Of a stretch of DNA of 49,923 nucleotides, positions 1 to 12,478 are shown one piece after another. How positions within the stretch are numbered: the stretch's first letter is position 1; each line of letters starts with the position of its first letter. The position numbers and the translations under genes are program-made. The notes under the pieces were generated by a model, which saw only the letters and a list, made by a program, of their open reading frames with translations, ran no database searches and was not told the DNA's origin. Origin of the DNA: Perkinsus olseni (taxonomy: Eukaryota); NCBI GenBank assembly GCA_013115125.1, contig JABANN010000036.1, forward strand, positions 62,001 through 111,923, in the 5' to 3' direction.

Positions 1-1723
1 AGGAAGGCTGAAAAGGTTCACGACCCTCATGAACCTGTGTCTAGGAATGCTACCAGGCGGAATATTTCTGACCACCTGACCTGCTGCCACGAGCGCGCTA
101 AGGAGGCCCTTCTCCAACTTACTGTTGCATGATGATGAGCTGCAGTGCTAGACAGAAGAGCAGTAGTGCTGTGTACTTCAATAAACGCATCCACTGAAGA
201 GAACGACGCCATCGAAAGGGCCAAAGTAGAAAGGCTGCACTCACGTTGCGATGAGGGTATCGAGGGTACCATAGCTGATAACAGAGCGTGGGATAGGCGA
301 TGAACATGTACCTGGCTCGCGATACGTCGCCTACTAGAGCCCAGCGCTAGGGTACTACATATCCTTCAGAGAGAAGCAGCGAGGATACTTTCTGGCAACC
401 TCAAGAGTCTCCTTCTCATCAGCGAGGAGCATCTATAAAGAAAGAGGTATGGATCTCAGCTCGGCGAAAACGGAGGAAACCTTCCTCCGTTCCTTTCGAC
501 CTTCCTCAGGAAGGCGACGATACTACCTCTAGCTTGTTCTTCTTGACAGACCAGAATAGATCATGACAGACATGCCAGTAACTGATGCAAGCATGGAGCT
601 AAGATACCACCGCCGCGATGCACTGCGACCCACCTGACGATCTTCATAGCATAGGTTACCGAACAGCATAGCAGCCCCATGGCTAGGAGACCATGAGGTG
701 CTGTGGCTGAAAGAATGTGCATCAGACGGGGTCCTGACCCGACAAGAGACTCCCTACTTTCAATGGTATACAGGGGTCCTATTAGCACTGCCAGCAAAAC
801 AGATAGCTGCAAAGCATTCGCTAACCGACGGTCCTTCTGCCCCGGCGCGATGTACCTGCCATCGCAGTGAGAGTACCCCAGTCGAATGAGCTCTTGGTGA
901 CAGCGTCAACTCTAAAGAACAGCCTCATACTGTTGTTAACCCTCGGCGCGAATGATACCGGTCGTAGTATCATGGTTAAGTTGCACGACAATACCCCTCG
1001 GTTCTACCTCTCTATGATGTAGCTAAGAGCAGGGCAGCATAATACAAGAATGAGGGTGTAGACCAGAGGAAGATGATGACGAAGGTTGTTAATGGAAAGA
1101 TACTCCCACGGTCTTAGCAGTATGCCGTACTTGATGAGGTTTTCTAGAACCAGACGCAGGTTCAATGCCTGGTCAAAAAACGTATCCAAAACTCACCAGA
1201 GACCTCCACAAGAGAGAAAGATTCCGACGACCTACCACTAACAGCAGACACATGAGGTTCACGATACCGCGATAGTTGGTGCCCTTCGTGCTCATACCGA
1301 GAAGGGGGGCCTGAGAAGGTTCCAAAACGACAATCGTCAATCGCCTGATAGACCCGTGACCCGCATCCTACGCTGCACTTTCGGTTGACAACACGACCAA
1401 GTGGATGAGAGCGTCTGAGCCGACGAAGCTCCTTCTCGTGCTTGACCTCGTCCTCGCTCTTAGAAGGAACCGCCTTGGACTCCTTCTTCTGGTGGTGTGG
1501 CTAACACAGGCGCGGCTCCCAGCACTACAGCAAAGAGAATGGCTAGCCCACCTGCTTGGGGACCTTCTCCACATCGCTTTGGTAGATGCTGCTGACCTGG
1601 TGGAACGTACCAGCCCTCTCAACTGCCATACGCTTCAGTTCCTTTTTCGAATCCTCTCCTAGTTCAGTCGACTTCGAACCTGACCATACTACCCTTCACG
1701 CTAGGCCGCCTTAGCCTCCCCAT
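1..1723 (-). CDS. DGAT1: Diacylglycerol O-acyltransferase 1 (MBOAT family), multi-exon; 3' part runs off the window
   Basis: Exon peptides NYRGIVNLMCLLLVV / ALNLRLVLENLIKYGILL (DGAT1 N.RLIIENL.KYG), CSVTYAMKI and FIAYPTLCYQLWYPR (DGAT1 APTLCYQ..YPR). Start ATG at 1723 is inferred. Confidence 0.88.
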
Positions 1724-1873
1724 TTCACCTTTTTCTGACATCTCTTTCAACGCGTCCGCGGCGTTAGAGAAAAAACTAGTCATACAAGGAAACCTGATCC
1801 GTCTGGCCGATCCAAATTCTCGCCCTCCCTTAAATCCCCCCTCTTCTCGAGCAATGCCACCGAGAGGGCCTGC

Positions 1874-1917
1874 TAAACGCTAGTAGCACGGGTAGCATCG
1901 TGACTGCTAAAATGCGC
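1874..1917. promoter_or_regulatory. Putative promoter motif pair TAAACGCTAGT ... AAAATGCGC in the divergent DGAT1/coiled-coil intergenic region
   Basis: The same two words recur at 14980-15026 with similar spacing; both copies are followed by CGCG-rich sequence. Confidence 0.45.
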
Positions 1918-2082
1918 TCACGCGCGGCGTAAAATAATCGATTACAATGGCGCGCGCTTTTTCCCGAATACGATCGGCGCAAGATCGCTTGCGATTGGTT
2001 CAGTGACTGAAAAGTGCTGACGCGGATGCTCTCTTCGCAGCTATTACTACATTAAATTTTGTTCGCACTACGCCACTCTCCC

Positions 2083-5000
2083 ATGGCCGTACTGCGTACC
2101 ACTATCGCCACTATTCTGTAAGACTATTGAGCCTCCGCAGGGCTCTTTCGAAGATTCCTCTACGACCAGCGCCCCTGCCTTTCTCAGGTCTTTGTCGTCA
2201 GCCTCGGCCCTGTTAGCCCCCGAGCAGGTTATCACCACCAAAGTCATCCCTCAGAGTAGAGCCTCGGTCAACTCGTTCGACTTTGTTACCGTTTTCATGA
2301 CAGATGTGACCAGCTCGCTGATTCAATCCCTCCAGAACGCCGAGTCCAACCTCATTAAGATCGAGAACGACCAGCGATGGGCCACCTGCCAAGCCAACCA
2401 GAAAGACTGGAACTGCCAAAAAGTTCGGTACGTCGGCGCTGTCATTCAGTCCCTGAGTGTACGGTATGTTCCTTCAGATGGGAGGCCTTGAAGGTCCTCG
2501 CTAAGGACCAGGTGGACGTGGCTATCCTGATCCAAAAAGCCTTCGACATAGTACTGGCCGTCACCAAGGGTATCAAAGGCCGCGAGACTGACGTAGACCA
2601 GCTCAAGGACGCTCTCAGTACGTTGTCATGAGGCTGTTGTCTCGCTTGGGAGTGCTCTAACTTACTTTCCCTCAGACGGCCCCGATGGTCTCGTGCAAAG
2701 GGCCAAGACTGTCGCCGACGGTATCCTTCACACGAAGGTAAGACTCGAACACTTCCCCTTGCTACCGGAAGTGCATTCCCCCTGTCTTTTCAGTCCACCA
2801 TTCACGACCAAGCCGAAGCGGTCAGCACTCAAGTGAAGAATCTTGCTGATCAGCTCAAGGCTGAGACGACGATGATCCAGGAGGTGAGATAAGATTCCTT
2901 CTCAAGGCTGGATGGTCCTCTGGATGCCATGGTGTCGCATTTACAACATCCTCTTGCTCAGCACGTGGAAACGAAGCTCAAGAACCTCAACGCGGCCAGT
3001 GCGAAGCTCATGAACGACCAGATGGGGCTCGAGGTGAGCTGCGATGGCTTTGCTCGTGACTGCTGTTGGGGAGAATGATATCCTGCTCAGATGAAAGCCC
3101 TTCAAACTAGCGCTGAGACGGTCAACGCTGAGGAGGCTAGCATTGCTCAGCAAGCCACACAAAATGCTAACCAGACCAACGCTGAGATTGAGCAGACGCG
3201 CGGCGAAGTATCTGAATTTGCCGCGAGCGTTCGCGATGAGTTCGATCAACTCGGACAGAGCCTCGATGAAGAGGAAGATACGATCAAAGCCGAGGAGCAG
3301 GATAGCAAACAGAAAGACAGGGACCTGAAGCACTCAGTGAAGGCAGACCTACAGGCCAGCGTCCATGCCATGCAGGAGAAGGCCGAGCATTATCTGGATG
3401 GCGTCCAGAAGCAGCTTGATGAGAAGCTGGCTACTACCTCTAAAGAGCTGGAGGCACATAGAGAGCAGAGTTTGGAAGCGTCCGAGAAGGAACAGAAGTC
3501 GACGAATGAGGAGATCATTAACGAACTGAACAGCATCAACTCAAAGATTGACAGGCTCCATGAGCAGACCAAAGGTGACGTCAGTGCCTTGGAAAAGAAG
3601 AACAATGCGACTCTGGGGAGTATCAAAAGTACGCAGGAGAGGACACTCAAGGATGTCCAGCGGACTACCGACGAGAACGCTGCTGGCGTGAATGCACTGG
3701 ATGAGGAGGCCAAGGCGGTCCGAGCTGAGTCCGAGGCTGAGCTGGATCAAGCCAAGATGAGCCACGCACAGGACTTCAAGGACTTGCAGAGCAACGTGGC
3801 CAACGCCCAGCGGAATATGGCCCGGGATGCGACCGCTCAATTCGATAAGGCCAATCAGGAGATCGCCGCCAGAGGGGCAGAGGCTAAGCAGAAGGGCATG
3901 CAGGACTCGAAGGAGCTCGACGCCCAGATCAACAGTCTGAAGGTGTACACAGCCAGAGGAGGGAAGAAGAATGCTGAAGGCCTCGGTGATGCCATCACTG
4001 AAGTTGACCACATGAAGAACCTTCTGGGCGGGATGATCAAGTCTGGCGGTGATTCTAACGACCTTCGAAGACAAATGGTGGAGAGTATGTTCGATGCTGA
4101 ACTCCATGATACTGAGCAGACCAAGAGCGACATGGCTAGCAGTGCGGCGAAGCGAGATCATGCGCTGAGTCGGTCTCTCTCGAAGGAGATGAGCGATGCG
4201 AACAAGCTGCGTCACGAGGAGATGCGCAGGGCGAGGGACTCTCAGGATACTGCAGTGTAAGTTGGACGACCTCTGCATGCCTGCCAGTTAGTGGCTGCGC
4301 TCTCATCTGCAGGAACAGACTGCAGCAACGGCAGATCTTGAACAGCCAGAAGTCTCAAGGAGACATGAGGAGGCTCGGATTCGCAGTCGAGGAGCTCGAG
4401 GGGGGCGTCGAGGAGCAGAAAAATGCGGGCGATGTAGCCGATATGGTTACTCTGCGTTGGCAGCAAGTGAACTGGTTCGTCTCAGAATCTCGCCCAATGG
4501 ATCAGCCGCGTGGATGCCTCGTCCGAGGATTCAATGAAGAACCTCGGCGCTCAGATTGAGTCGTCTAAGGCCCTGGAGAAGAGCGAGATCGGTGAGTATT
4601 CAGTGTTAGGTCCGCACGGGTCGATGGATGGGAAGCGTTTCAGACAGTGTTCGGGACAAGATGGCCGCCGACTATGCTTCTCTTACTGATGAGGAGAAGT
4701 CGGCTATTGGCAGCAAGAAGCAGAAGATCATGACAGCCTTCACTTCTGACCTTTCCGACGCTCAAGCCAAGACACACGTAAGTCTTCGGCCGGCCCGACG
4801 CTGCCCCCTCGACCGATCATCTCTCCTCTGCAGGACACCATGAACAAGCTACAGAGCAGCGCTGACAGGCAGAAGCAACTGCTTGCTAATGATCGCATTG
4901 ATGTTGATAAATTACTGAAGGAAACGCAGGAGTTCGAGACTACGGTAGCTGGTACATCTTCGTAGGACTCGAAGTGAGGATTGCTGTCGCTCAGGGAAAA

Positions 5001-7326
5001 TCTGATTTCGAGCAGCTAGAGTCAGCGCTGGCACAGAAGACGGATGATGCTAATATTCAACGTCAACAGAAAATTAGCGAAGTGCAGGAGAGCGAGACGA
5101 AGGAGATGGACCACTTCAAGAGCCGGATGGCGGACATCATCAAGCAGGCTGCTGCAACCACCGAGGCCAGGGGGAACAAGCAGTTCGAGTTGCAGAAGCA
5201 GGCGCTCGACAAACTGGCTAGTCAGCTGCATGCTCAGAGTGCTGAGAGCGAGAAGGTGCAGAGCTTCGCTAAGAAAGAGGCCGAGAAGTTCGGGGCCGAT
5301 GCTCACCGGTTCAACGAACGTCTGGGGAAGGCTAAGAGTACTTTGAGCGAGGAAAGCAAAAAGCAGTTCGACGATCTGCGCAACTTCAAAAACAAGGTTG
5401 ACACTTGGTCCACTGATTTGAAGGGCGACTTGGCTAAGGGAGAGAAGGTCATCGGCCAGGCCATGCATGATATCCCGAAGGCTACTGCGGAGAAGACGAG
5501 CAGGATGAAAGAGGATATCAGCAGGATGGAGCAGAACACTCGAGGCACTGTTGCTACGTTCGCTAAGAATTTCGAAAGCATGAGGAGTGCCATCAACCAG
5601 CACAGAGACGAGCAGAATGCCAGGCGGGCTAGGGCTGTCATAGCGCTCAATGAGGCCATCCTTGCGGGGAAGACGGGACTCTTGGAGCAGCTTGTCGGAT
5701 CGCAGCTGAGCAACGCCGAGGGTACAAAGGAAATGAGCAAGGTACGTTCGCTAGCCGTGGTCGAACTCTCATGGATTTTTGGTATCAGCTTCTCGCCAGC
5801 CTCGCCGGCGATCTCGGTCTGGTGAAGGCAGAGGGAGGCAGCAAGCTGCATGATATCATGAACGAAGTCCTCCAGCTTGGCACCAACACCGGTGGTCTGT
5901 ACAAGCACATGCAGACTGGTCTTGGCAAGGAGATGTCCTTGCTCGATCATCAGCGTCGTATTGATGCGATGCAGAACGAGGATGCTATTCATGGTCGTAT
6001 TCATGCCGGGATGGTAGCAGTGGCGGCTACTGACTGGTATTTCCTTCAGGCTATGCGCTGATGGACGGCCGACGCCTCAGTGGCTTGGGCAACCAGGTCT
6101 CGTCGATGCTCTCGGACTTCCACAAGGACTCTTCCATGGCCAACCTCGCCCTCGCTGGCGATAAGAAGGTACGGCCTACCGGTCTGCAGCAGCTTGCCCG
6201 ATCTCTCCTCACTCAGGACGTCTATGCGCTCGGCAGCCTTATTCAGGGCATGGGGGCTGATTCGAGACTCGAACTCACTAGGATGATCCACAAGATAGAG
6301 TGAGATCTCCCCACCAATGGTGTGGCCCCCAGGCGAACCTCCTCAGGTCCGGCGAGAGTACGATGTTGCAGGAGCTAGCAAGTCATCGTGACATCGACTT
6401 TAAGAAGATCTCGTCCGTTAAGGATGTCGTGCAGGCCTTCGTTAAGGTCATCGAGGGCTACCTAGCCCACTCCCGGCTCGGCTTTGACGACGTAAATTGT
6501 GAACTTTTCAACTGTGAGTGTGATGCTATCCCTTGCAGGTGCATTCGAAGATTGACGCTTTCCGTGTGTACCTCAACGGCAAGCTCCGAAGGGTAGGTTG
6601 TTCAGCGGTATCGTCTCTCGCATGGAGGGGAGTGTCGTCGTCAGGCTGATGTGAAAATGCTCCTCATGTCGCATCAAGCAAAGGAGGCCTTGAGGAAAGC
6701 CCAGCAGAAACAGCAGGTGCTCGAGAGGAGAATGGAAGACGTTGGTGAGTATCTTAGGTCGACGAGAGGAGGATACGCTGATGGCTGGTTGCAGGAAAGA
6801 AACTGAAGAAGGACTTGTATGACTTCCAGGAGGAGCACACTGATATGGAACAGCGCCATGAGAATGAGTACACTGAGCTGCAGAACGAAGTCAGAGAGAA
6901 GACCCACGAGCTGATGAACAAGCAGAGGAACATGACGGCCCAGATCAAGGCGATGATGAGAGAGGAAGATCAATTCATGGAGTCCAAGATCACGGTGAGC
7001 CGCTGCCGCGCATCTCGCCACGGAATCATTTCCCTTCTGTTTGTGTAGGAAGTTCGCAACAAGATTCGCGCTAGTAAACCTCCGGAGCACACCGTCAATG
7101 GCCTCCCCACCGGCGTCAGGGATGTTGCCGGTAAGATTATTATCGACAGCGAAGTGACAGGAATAACCGGACACGTTTTTCAGAATCTCCCGATGCTGCC
7201 AGCAGCGGTTGGTGGGCGAGCTTCCTCTCTCGAGGCAGTCCCAGCAAGAAGAGCGATAAGAAGGCCGGCCAGAGTGACAAGGCTACACTCAGTGACACGA
7301 AAGTGCATGACTTCAGCGGCCGATGA
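2083..7326 (+). CDS. Large secreted alpha-helical coiled-coil protein of unknown function (multi-exon, well over 1000 aa)
   Basis: Spliced N-terminus MAVLRTTIATILSLSSASALLAPEQ looks like a signal peptide. Long E/K/Q/A/D-rich heptad exons (3091-4260, ~4995-5741) are joined by short GT-AG introns. Stop TGA at 7324-7326 is inferred. Confidence 0.75.
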
Positions 7327-7582
7327 TTACTCATCACCACATCACTATGTGATAGACCAATATGGTGTCATGATACTCCTATTCCTCTTGTGTTGGTATT
7401 ACTGTCAGGGTGCGTAACCCCAAATAAAGACAGCTCCTATATGTAAGTCGTGTCGCGGCAGCTGCGGCCGTACTGAAATACCGCACCGCATTCAACGGCT
7501 CTTCGAGTGCGGTATTCCGTACCGTACCAAAGAGACGTTATGTCCATCCCTAGTGCGGAAGAGATTGTTGTAGCGCAACCCA

Positions 7583-8800
7583 TCAATTACACACAGAAAC
7601 TGGCTCAGAAAAAACTCGGCATAACCATGTATCCACATTAGCCACTTTCACTTTGGTCACATCATCGCCGTGAGGGTGACAGCCGAGGGCCGCCACATCA
7701 TCCGCCGAGGCGACGGCGATGACGCCATTTGAGCCATCAGCACGCAAGAACTCCTCTATTGAACGTATGAGGCTCCTGCTGCGACTCAGTCGGAGGCCGA
7801 AAGGCGGGTTGGTTATCATCGTGACAGGGGCGCCACCGTACAGGCTGGACAGCTTCCCCCAGTCGAATGCTTGCACGGGGACAGTGGCCATACCACAAAG
7901 ACGAGTGAGAGGCTCAAGGTTCGACCGAGCATAGTCTACCATCCTGGAGTCGTTGTCGAAGCCTGCGATCAGCGGTCCAGTACTGCCGAGCTGAATCTTG
8001 GAATCTTCTTCTTCTATCGTGTGGCGCCACTCCTCTTCATCGAACTCCTCACCTACAGTGCACGCCCGGAAGCTATCCGATGGCGGCAGCAGTTCCCGCA
8101 TTGATGGATCGCGATATGCAGGATTGAAGTACTGCGCTGGTACCTTCATCAGCCGCATAAGATACTCCAAAATAATCGTCCCGCTCCCACAGAAGGGGTC
8201 GATGACAGGCCGGCCAGCAGTACTGTCAGAGGCCATCGACACCATCGCTGCAGCGAGAGTCTCGTTCATCGGAGCGACGCCTTGTTTTTTACGCAACCCT
8301 CGAATGTGGAGGCTCCTGTCACCATCACCAGCATAAACCCGGAACATATTTCCCTTCTCTGCTAGCAGCAATAAACGCACTTGATAATCGTCCCATTCAA
8401 GGCGAGCGTTTTGCCTTGCAGCGAGCATACCCCTCCAGCCTTCCAGAACGCCCTCCGTGAAATAAAAGTCACTACGCCTCGCTGGATTCCGACCGAAGAC
8501 AGCCACGGTGCTTCCCCTCACCGCGCTAGGGTACTCAATCTCGTTCAAAAAGTTCTGTAGTGCATCTTCAGTAACCCCACGGTCGAGTCGGCTACTGCCT
8601 ATATCCCGCCATATATGAGTGGCTAACCGCGATGTGTAGTGCAATCGGTATACGTCTCGGGCAGAGAGGGAACCCGACACAGTGACAGCACACGAGAAGG
8701 GCCTCTCAGTGGCGACGGATCGGCCCCGGCCGAGTATGGAAAGGACCTCCTTCTCAAGAAGTGACTCCAACCCGGCGATACACCGTAAAAGCAGACGCAT
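7583..8800 (-). CDS. THUMP-domain RNA guanine-N2 methyltransferase, RlmL/YpsC-like, intronless
   Basis: MRLLLRCIAGLESLLEKEV (RlmL-type N-terminus), SLHIRGLRKKQGVAPMNETLAAAM (SLH.RGYR...AP..E.LAAA), SAM motif DPFCGSGTI and catalytic NPPFG. Confidence 0.9.
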   Translation of the reverse strand: MRLLLRCIAGLESLLEKEVLSILGRGRSVATERPFSCAVTVSGSLSARDVYRLHYTSRLATHIWRDIGSSRLDRGVTEDALQNFLNEIEYPSAVRGSTVAVFGRNPARRSDFYFTEGVLEGWRGMLAARQNARLEWDDYQVRLLLLAEKGNMFRVYAGDGDRSLHIRGLRKKQGVAPMNETLAAAMVSMASDSTAGRPVIDPFCGSGTIILEYLMRLMKVPAQYFNPAYRDPSMRELLPPSDSFRACTVGEEFDEEEWRHTIEEEDSKIQLGSTGPLIAGFDNDSRMVDYARSNLEPLTRLCGMATVPVQAFDWGKLSSLYGGAPVTMITNPPFGLRLSRSRSLIRSIEEFLRADGSNGVIAVASADDVAALGCHPHGDDVTKVKVANVDTWLCRVFSEPVSVCN

Positions 8801-8973
8801 AGCAACTGATATCGAGCTGGTTCCGCTAACCACTTGGGACGCAACACTGCGGAGGTCTGCGAACAACGGTGGTAACTATAGTATCGTCGAGTAGAGCTCT
8901 CAGAAACTCGACAAACAAGCAAGAGCAGAGTTCGATCAATCACAGGAGGGACAGCAGGAAGAAGTCAATCGCT

Positions 8974-10870
8974 TCACTTCCGGGCGTAGTAATGAGGCTC
9001 GTCCAAGCTTCGGGGTGTCGCTTGGAAGACGTCATTTTCCAGATCCTGACCGGAATCAGTCACGACTCCGTCACGCGCCACGAAATTCCGCCTGACTCAC
9101 CTCACTCTGAATTCGATCGACCCGGGTCTCAGAATCTTTCGAAAGCTTTCCGTGGTACGTGTGATGGAAGAAGTTGAGGGAGAAGACACATAACAAACCT
9201 ACAAGGATATACTGCCGACCATACCGCTCCGAAGCAGCAGCTCTCACCGCAGCAGTGGACGAGGCCGGTAACGATGAAGTTAAATCGATATCCCCAGTGG
9301 TCGACAAGGAGCCCTCCTATCGCTGCTGAGCCAGACCACGAGAACATGCGGACCTGCGGAAGGCAAGGGAGCGTAGCCGCTCTCAGCAACCAAGAAGGGA
9401 CTTCTTACCATATCGACGGCATTGACCTTTCCCCTGTCCTTCCTCGGAGTGTGGTCCATGAGCATGGCTCGGAACACAGGCCTGGAGCAGTTCATGAAGG
9501 CCATCCTTATAACATAGAGCACCAGCAGGATTCCTATTGGTCGCACTATCACCTGAGCACACCCATGCAGGCGCTTACACCGGCCTCGAAGGCCTTACCA
9601 TAGCCCACAGCAGCAACACAGCGGTTAGCCTGATGGTCACTACGACTTTGACAGTACCGAAACGCGTAGCCAGCTCGTTGGTGACGGCGTAGGTCATAAA
9701 CGCTACGGTCCTGAAGAAGCGCTCAGTCCCCCACCCACTACGCAAGGGGGCCTCACAGAGTGGTCACGACGTTTAGAATTGCCAGAGTCCTCGGGTCCAC
9801 TCCATAGTCATTCTTGAACCAAAGCTGGAAGTACTGCACAGACATGCCGGACCCCAATGCTGTGATGACATCCTGGCCTAGGATGGCGCATACTATGCAG
9901 ATAGAGTTGGTGTAGGAGCGGATTAGCTGAGCAGCGACGAGGAGGCACCATAACGGCTAGTGGCCATCACCCTGCAGTACCTTGGTCCTGTGGGTGAAGG
10001 GTATTGTCACCTCCACCAATTCGTTCGGATTGTCCTCGCATACGGCCTTGGTCGCCACTTTGGCACCTCCTTTGGCATCCTCCTTGCGGAAGAACATATC
10101 AGCAACCATACCGAAGATGGCGCACGAGGAGCCGAAAAGAAGCACCTGCCAAGACCGCTGAGGTACCCTCCAGGTGACGCTGAGCTTACCTTCTTCAAGC
10201 ATGGTAGTGTCCACGTGTTACCCGCTAGAGACAGGATTAAAGCATTCAGAATGGGGCCGCTCGCTGTAGCCAACTGGGCGAGGGTCCACCTAAGGCAATG
10301 CATTCCGGCGACTGTGGCGAGTGTCTCCACCGACCTGAGTGACTCCAGCGGTGCTCGGTTGCCTGTTGACATACCGTCTGCAATGAGGGTACTCAAGGTG
10401 GTCTCCGAGAAGGCAGTGAAGGTCCCCCAGAGGATGTAGGACGGGTAGGCTATCCATAGCTGATCCGTGAGGAAGAGGGCAAAGTTCATACCGATATTGA
10501 AGATGCCCAGGAAGCCCAAGCCACGCATCAAGTCCGGTTTAGAGATGTTGTCGGCCACGATGCCTGCTAGAGGGGCACAGGCCAGACACGTGAGGCCTTG
10601 GACGGAGGAGAAGACCCCAACCATGGTGTTAGAACCGCCGGTGATGGTATATAAATATCCGAGCATAGGAATGCCCGTCCAGATAGACTGACTAAACTTG
10701 ATCAGGAAGGTGACCAGAAAACCGAGCTTAACATTGAACGAGGCACTTCGGAAGCTCCGCCATAAGAACACGATGGGCTGCACATCTTCGCCCGTCTTGG
10801 CGCTGCTGTTCTCCGTGCGGCTGCCAGAGGTCTGCAGTAACCCCTGTTGGAGATCTCGACGTTCGGGCAT
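8974..10870 (-). CDS. Major facilitator superfamily transporter, multi-exon
   Basis: Multiple TM helices; motif-A-like PLAGIVADNISK; C-half motifs MDHTPRKDRGKVNA and WSGSAAIGGLLVDHWGYR. Confidence 0.85.
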
Positions 10871-10956
10871 GGCCGGCGGAAGACGAATTGAAAACCTCCT
10901 GCGTCGGTCCGAGCAGGTCATCAGAGGGCTGCTGCCAACTCAACACCTCAAGACGG

Positions 10957-12379
10957 TCACGAATCGTTGAAAGAAAATTTATCGCTGACTTCAAAACACA
11001 GACTGCCCTCGTCCTCAGCAAGGCCCTCACAGCCGACCAAGCCTTGGGCCACAGCGGCCTCCACTTTAACACGGGAAGGAGCGGCGCCCTGAGTGTAAGA
11101 GACTGATGGGACGAAGAAAACTCCCCTCTACGGACCGGTCCATCCAGCCGCCGCTCTCGCCATGTCCAATTCCGAATGACCTCCTTAGTGCCAAAACGAT
11201 GGAAGAGTCGGGTCTCGACCAGACGTACTAAGACGCCGTCGACTCGCAATAGAAAGGAAGCAAGCACATACCTACACAGCCAGCGTGGGGGCGCTGGAAA
11301 CTGCACCGGTCAGCAGCTCACCAAAAACCCGGCATCACCCTCAGCCGTATTATATATTTACTACTGCCGTTGTCCGCCAACTCATCCTCCCACAGGCAAA
11401 CCTGAAGACGGTGATACCGCATGCCCGCTCCTCCCCTTAGGAGAACTACCTGTGAAAACCACAGTATCGGCAGGCTTCTGTCGGTGAGCTGACCGAGGGG
11501 CAGACAGCCCGCTGGGTCGTCAATCTCCTCCACGGCCCACGGCCCGTTGAAGGTGCCCGCGTACGCTGTGGTGTAGGTCCAGTCTGCCTTGGGCAGCTGC
11601 GGATTGTCGTTGTTATTGCTTGGGCTGAGCACGTGGACGTCAGGATTGCTCGTGTCCGGGTGCCAATTCTGCGCCGCAGCCACACGCACTTGCCGGGGAC
11701 TGAGCGAAGAGATGATACTCCAGTCCACCCCTGATCACCAGTAGTACCATCTTTCTCCGAGTTCACGCCACTTCTCACTGGGCACCCGACCCAAGAGCCC
11801 ATCGTCGGCTGCCGGGACACCTTGATGCCACTCAGCCACCGCCGCCAGAGCCTCAGTGATGTCGAACAATATGTTAACTCCGGCAGTAGGGCAACTGATG
11901 GTCAAATGAGCGCCTGAAAAGTGCCAGTCCATACAGTATCGCCTCGACGTCTCCCGGAGACGCACTGAGTGAGGCAGCGCGAGAAGAATTTGAGTACAGG
12001 AAACTGTGCTGATCAAAGAGTGACTATGATACCCAAGGTTGTGTAGAAGGCACTCCGCTCAGTGTGGATAGCACATACACCCAGGCTACCGTCAGACCCG
12101 GTCAACCCAGTAGCCAGGCAGAGGCGAGTACAGAGCACTACGAGGAAGCTGCGCGAAGGAAGAGGCGACCCAAAGTGTACAACCTCGTTGACTTTCTCGA
12201 TGTGGATCGCGCTAACACCAAGGCTACCGTCAGGCACTACCTGAGAATATCATGTCCGGTATCCAGCGACGATCGAAGGGCAGCTTCTTCTCAATATCGT
12301 CCCGTTCAACAGCATCAGCAATGGCCGCTGATGGTTCCGATGCTTCGAAGACCCAACCCTCGTTAGAGAACTCTGGCAT
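10957..12379 (-). CDS. TIP41: TIP41-like (TIPRL) PP2A/TOR pathway regulator
   Basis: WIPDMIFSG/AHLTI..FDITEAL, DWTYTTAYAGT, LWEDELADNGSS..IRLRVMP and FLLRVDGVLVRLVETRLFH all match TIP41 family motifs. Confidence 0.92.
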
Positions 12380-12478
12380 CCCCACTGACACTAGAAGAAG
12401 GCAACGAGACGGCGGTAACCCCCCCCCCCTCCGCACTTGGCGAGTACTCCAACACTACAGCCGGGACCATCACAACTT

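Noticed and set aside
3541-6004. Long antisense ORFs opposite the coiled-coil gene (and similar ones opposite TFIIE and SufD)
   Set aside because: Shadow ORFs produced by codon bias of the real sense-strand exons.
11990-12095. Possible TPP riboswitch in the TIP41 intron (gggtgt...cactgag...tgatcag)
   Set aside because: Lacks a convincing CUGAGA and the ACCUGA...UAAU..CUG.GNAGG core, and the host gene is unrelated to thiamine. Kept only as a generic structured element.
12205-12235. Resemblance of acggtagccttgg to the Perkinsus/dinoflagellate spliced leader
   Set aside because: Only a partial match to ACCGTAGCCAT..TGGCTCAAG, with no CTCAAG/GT junction.
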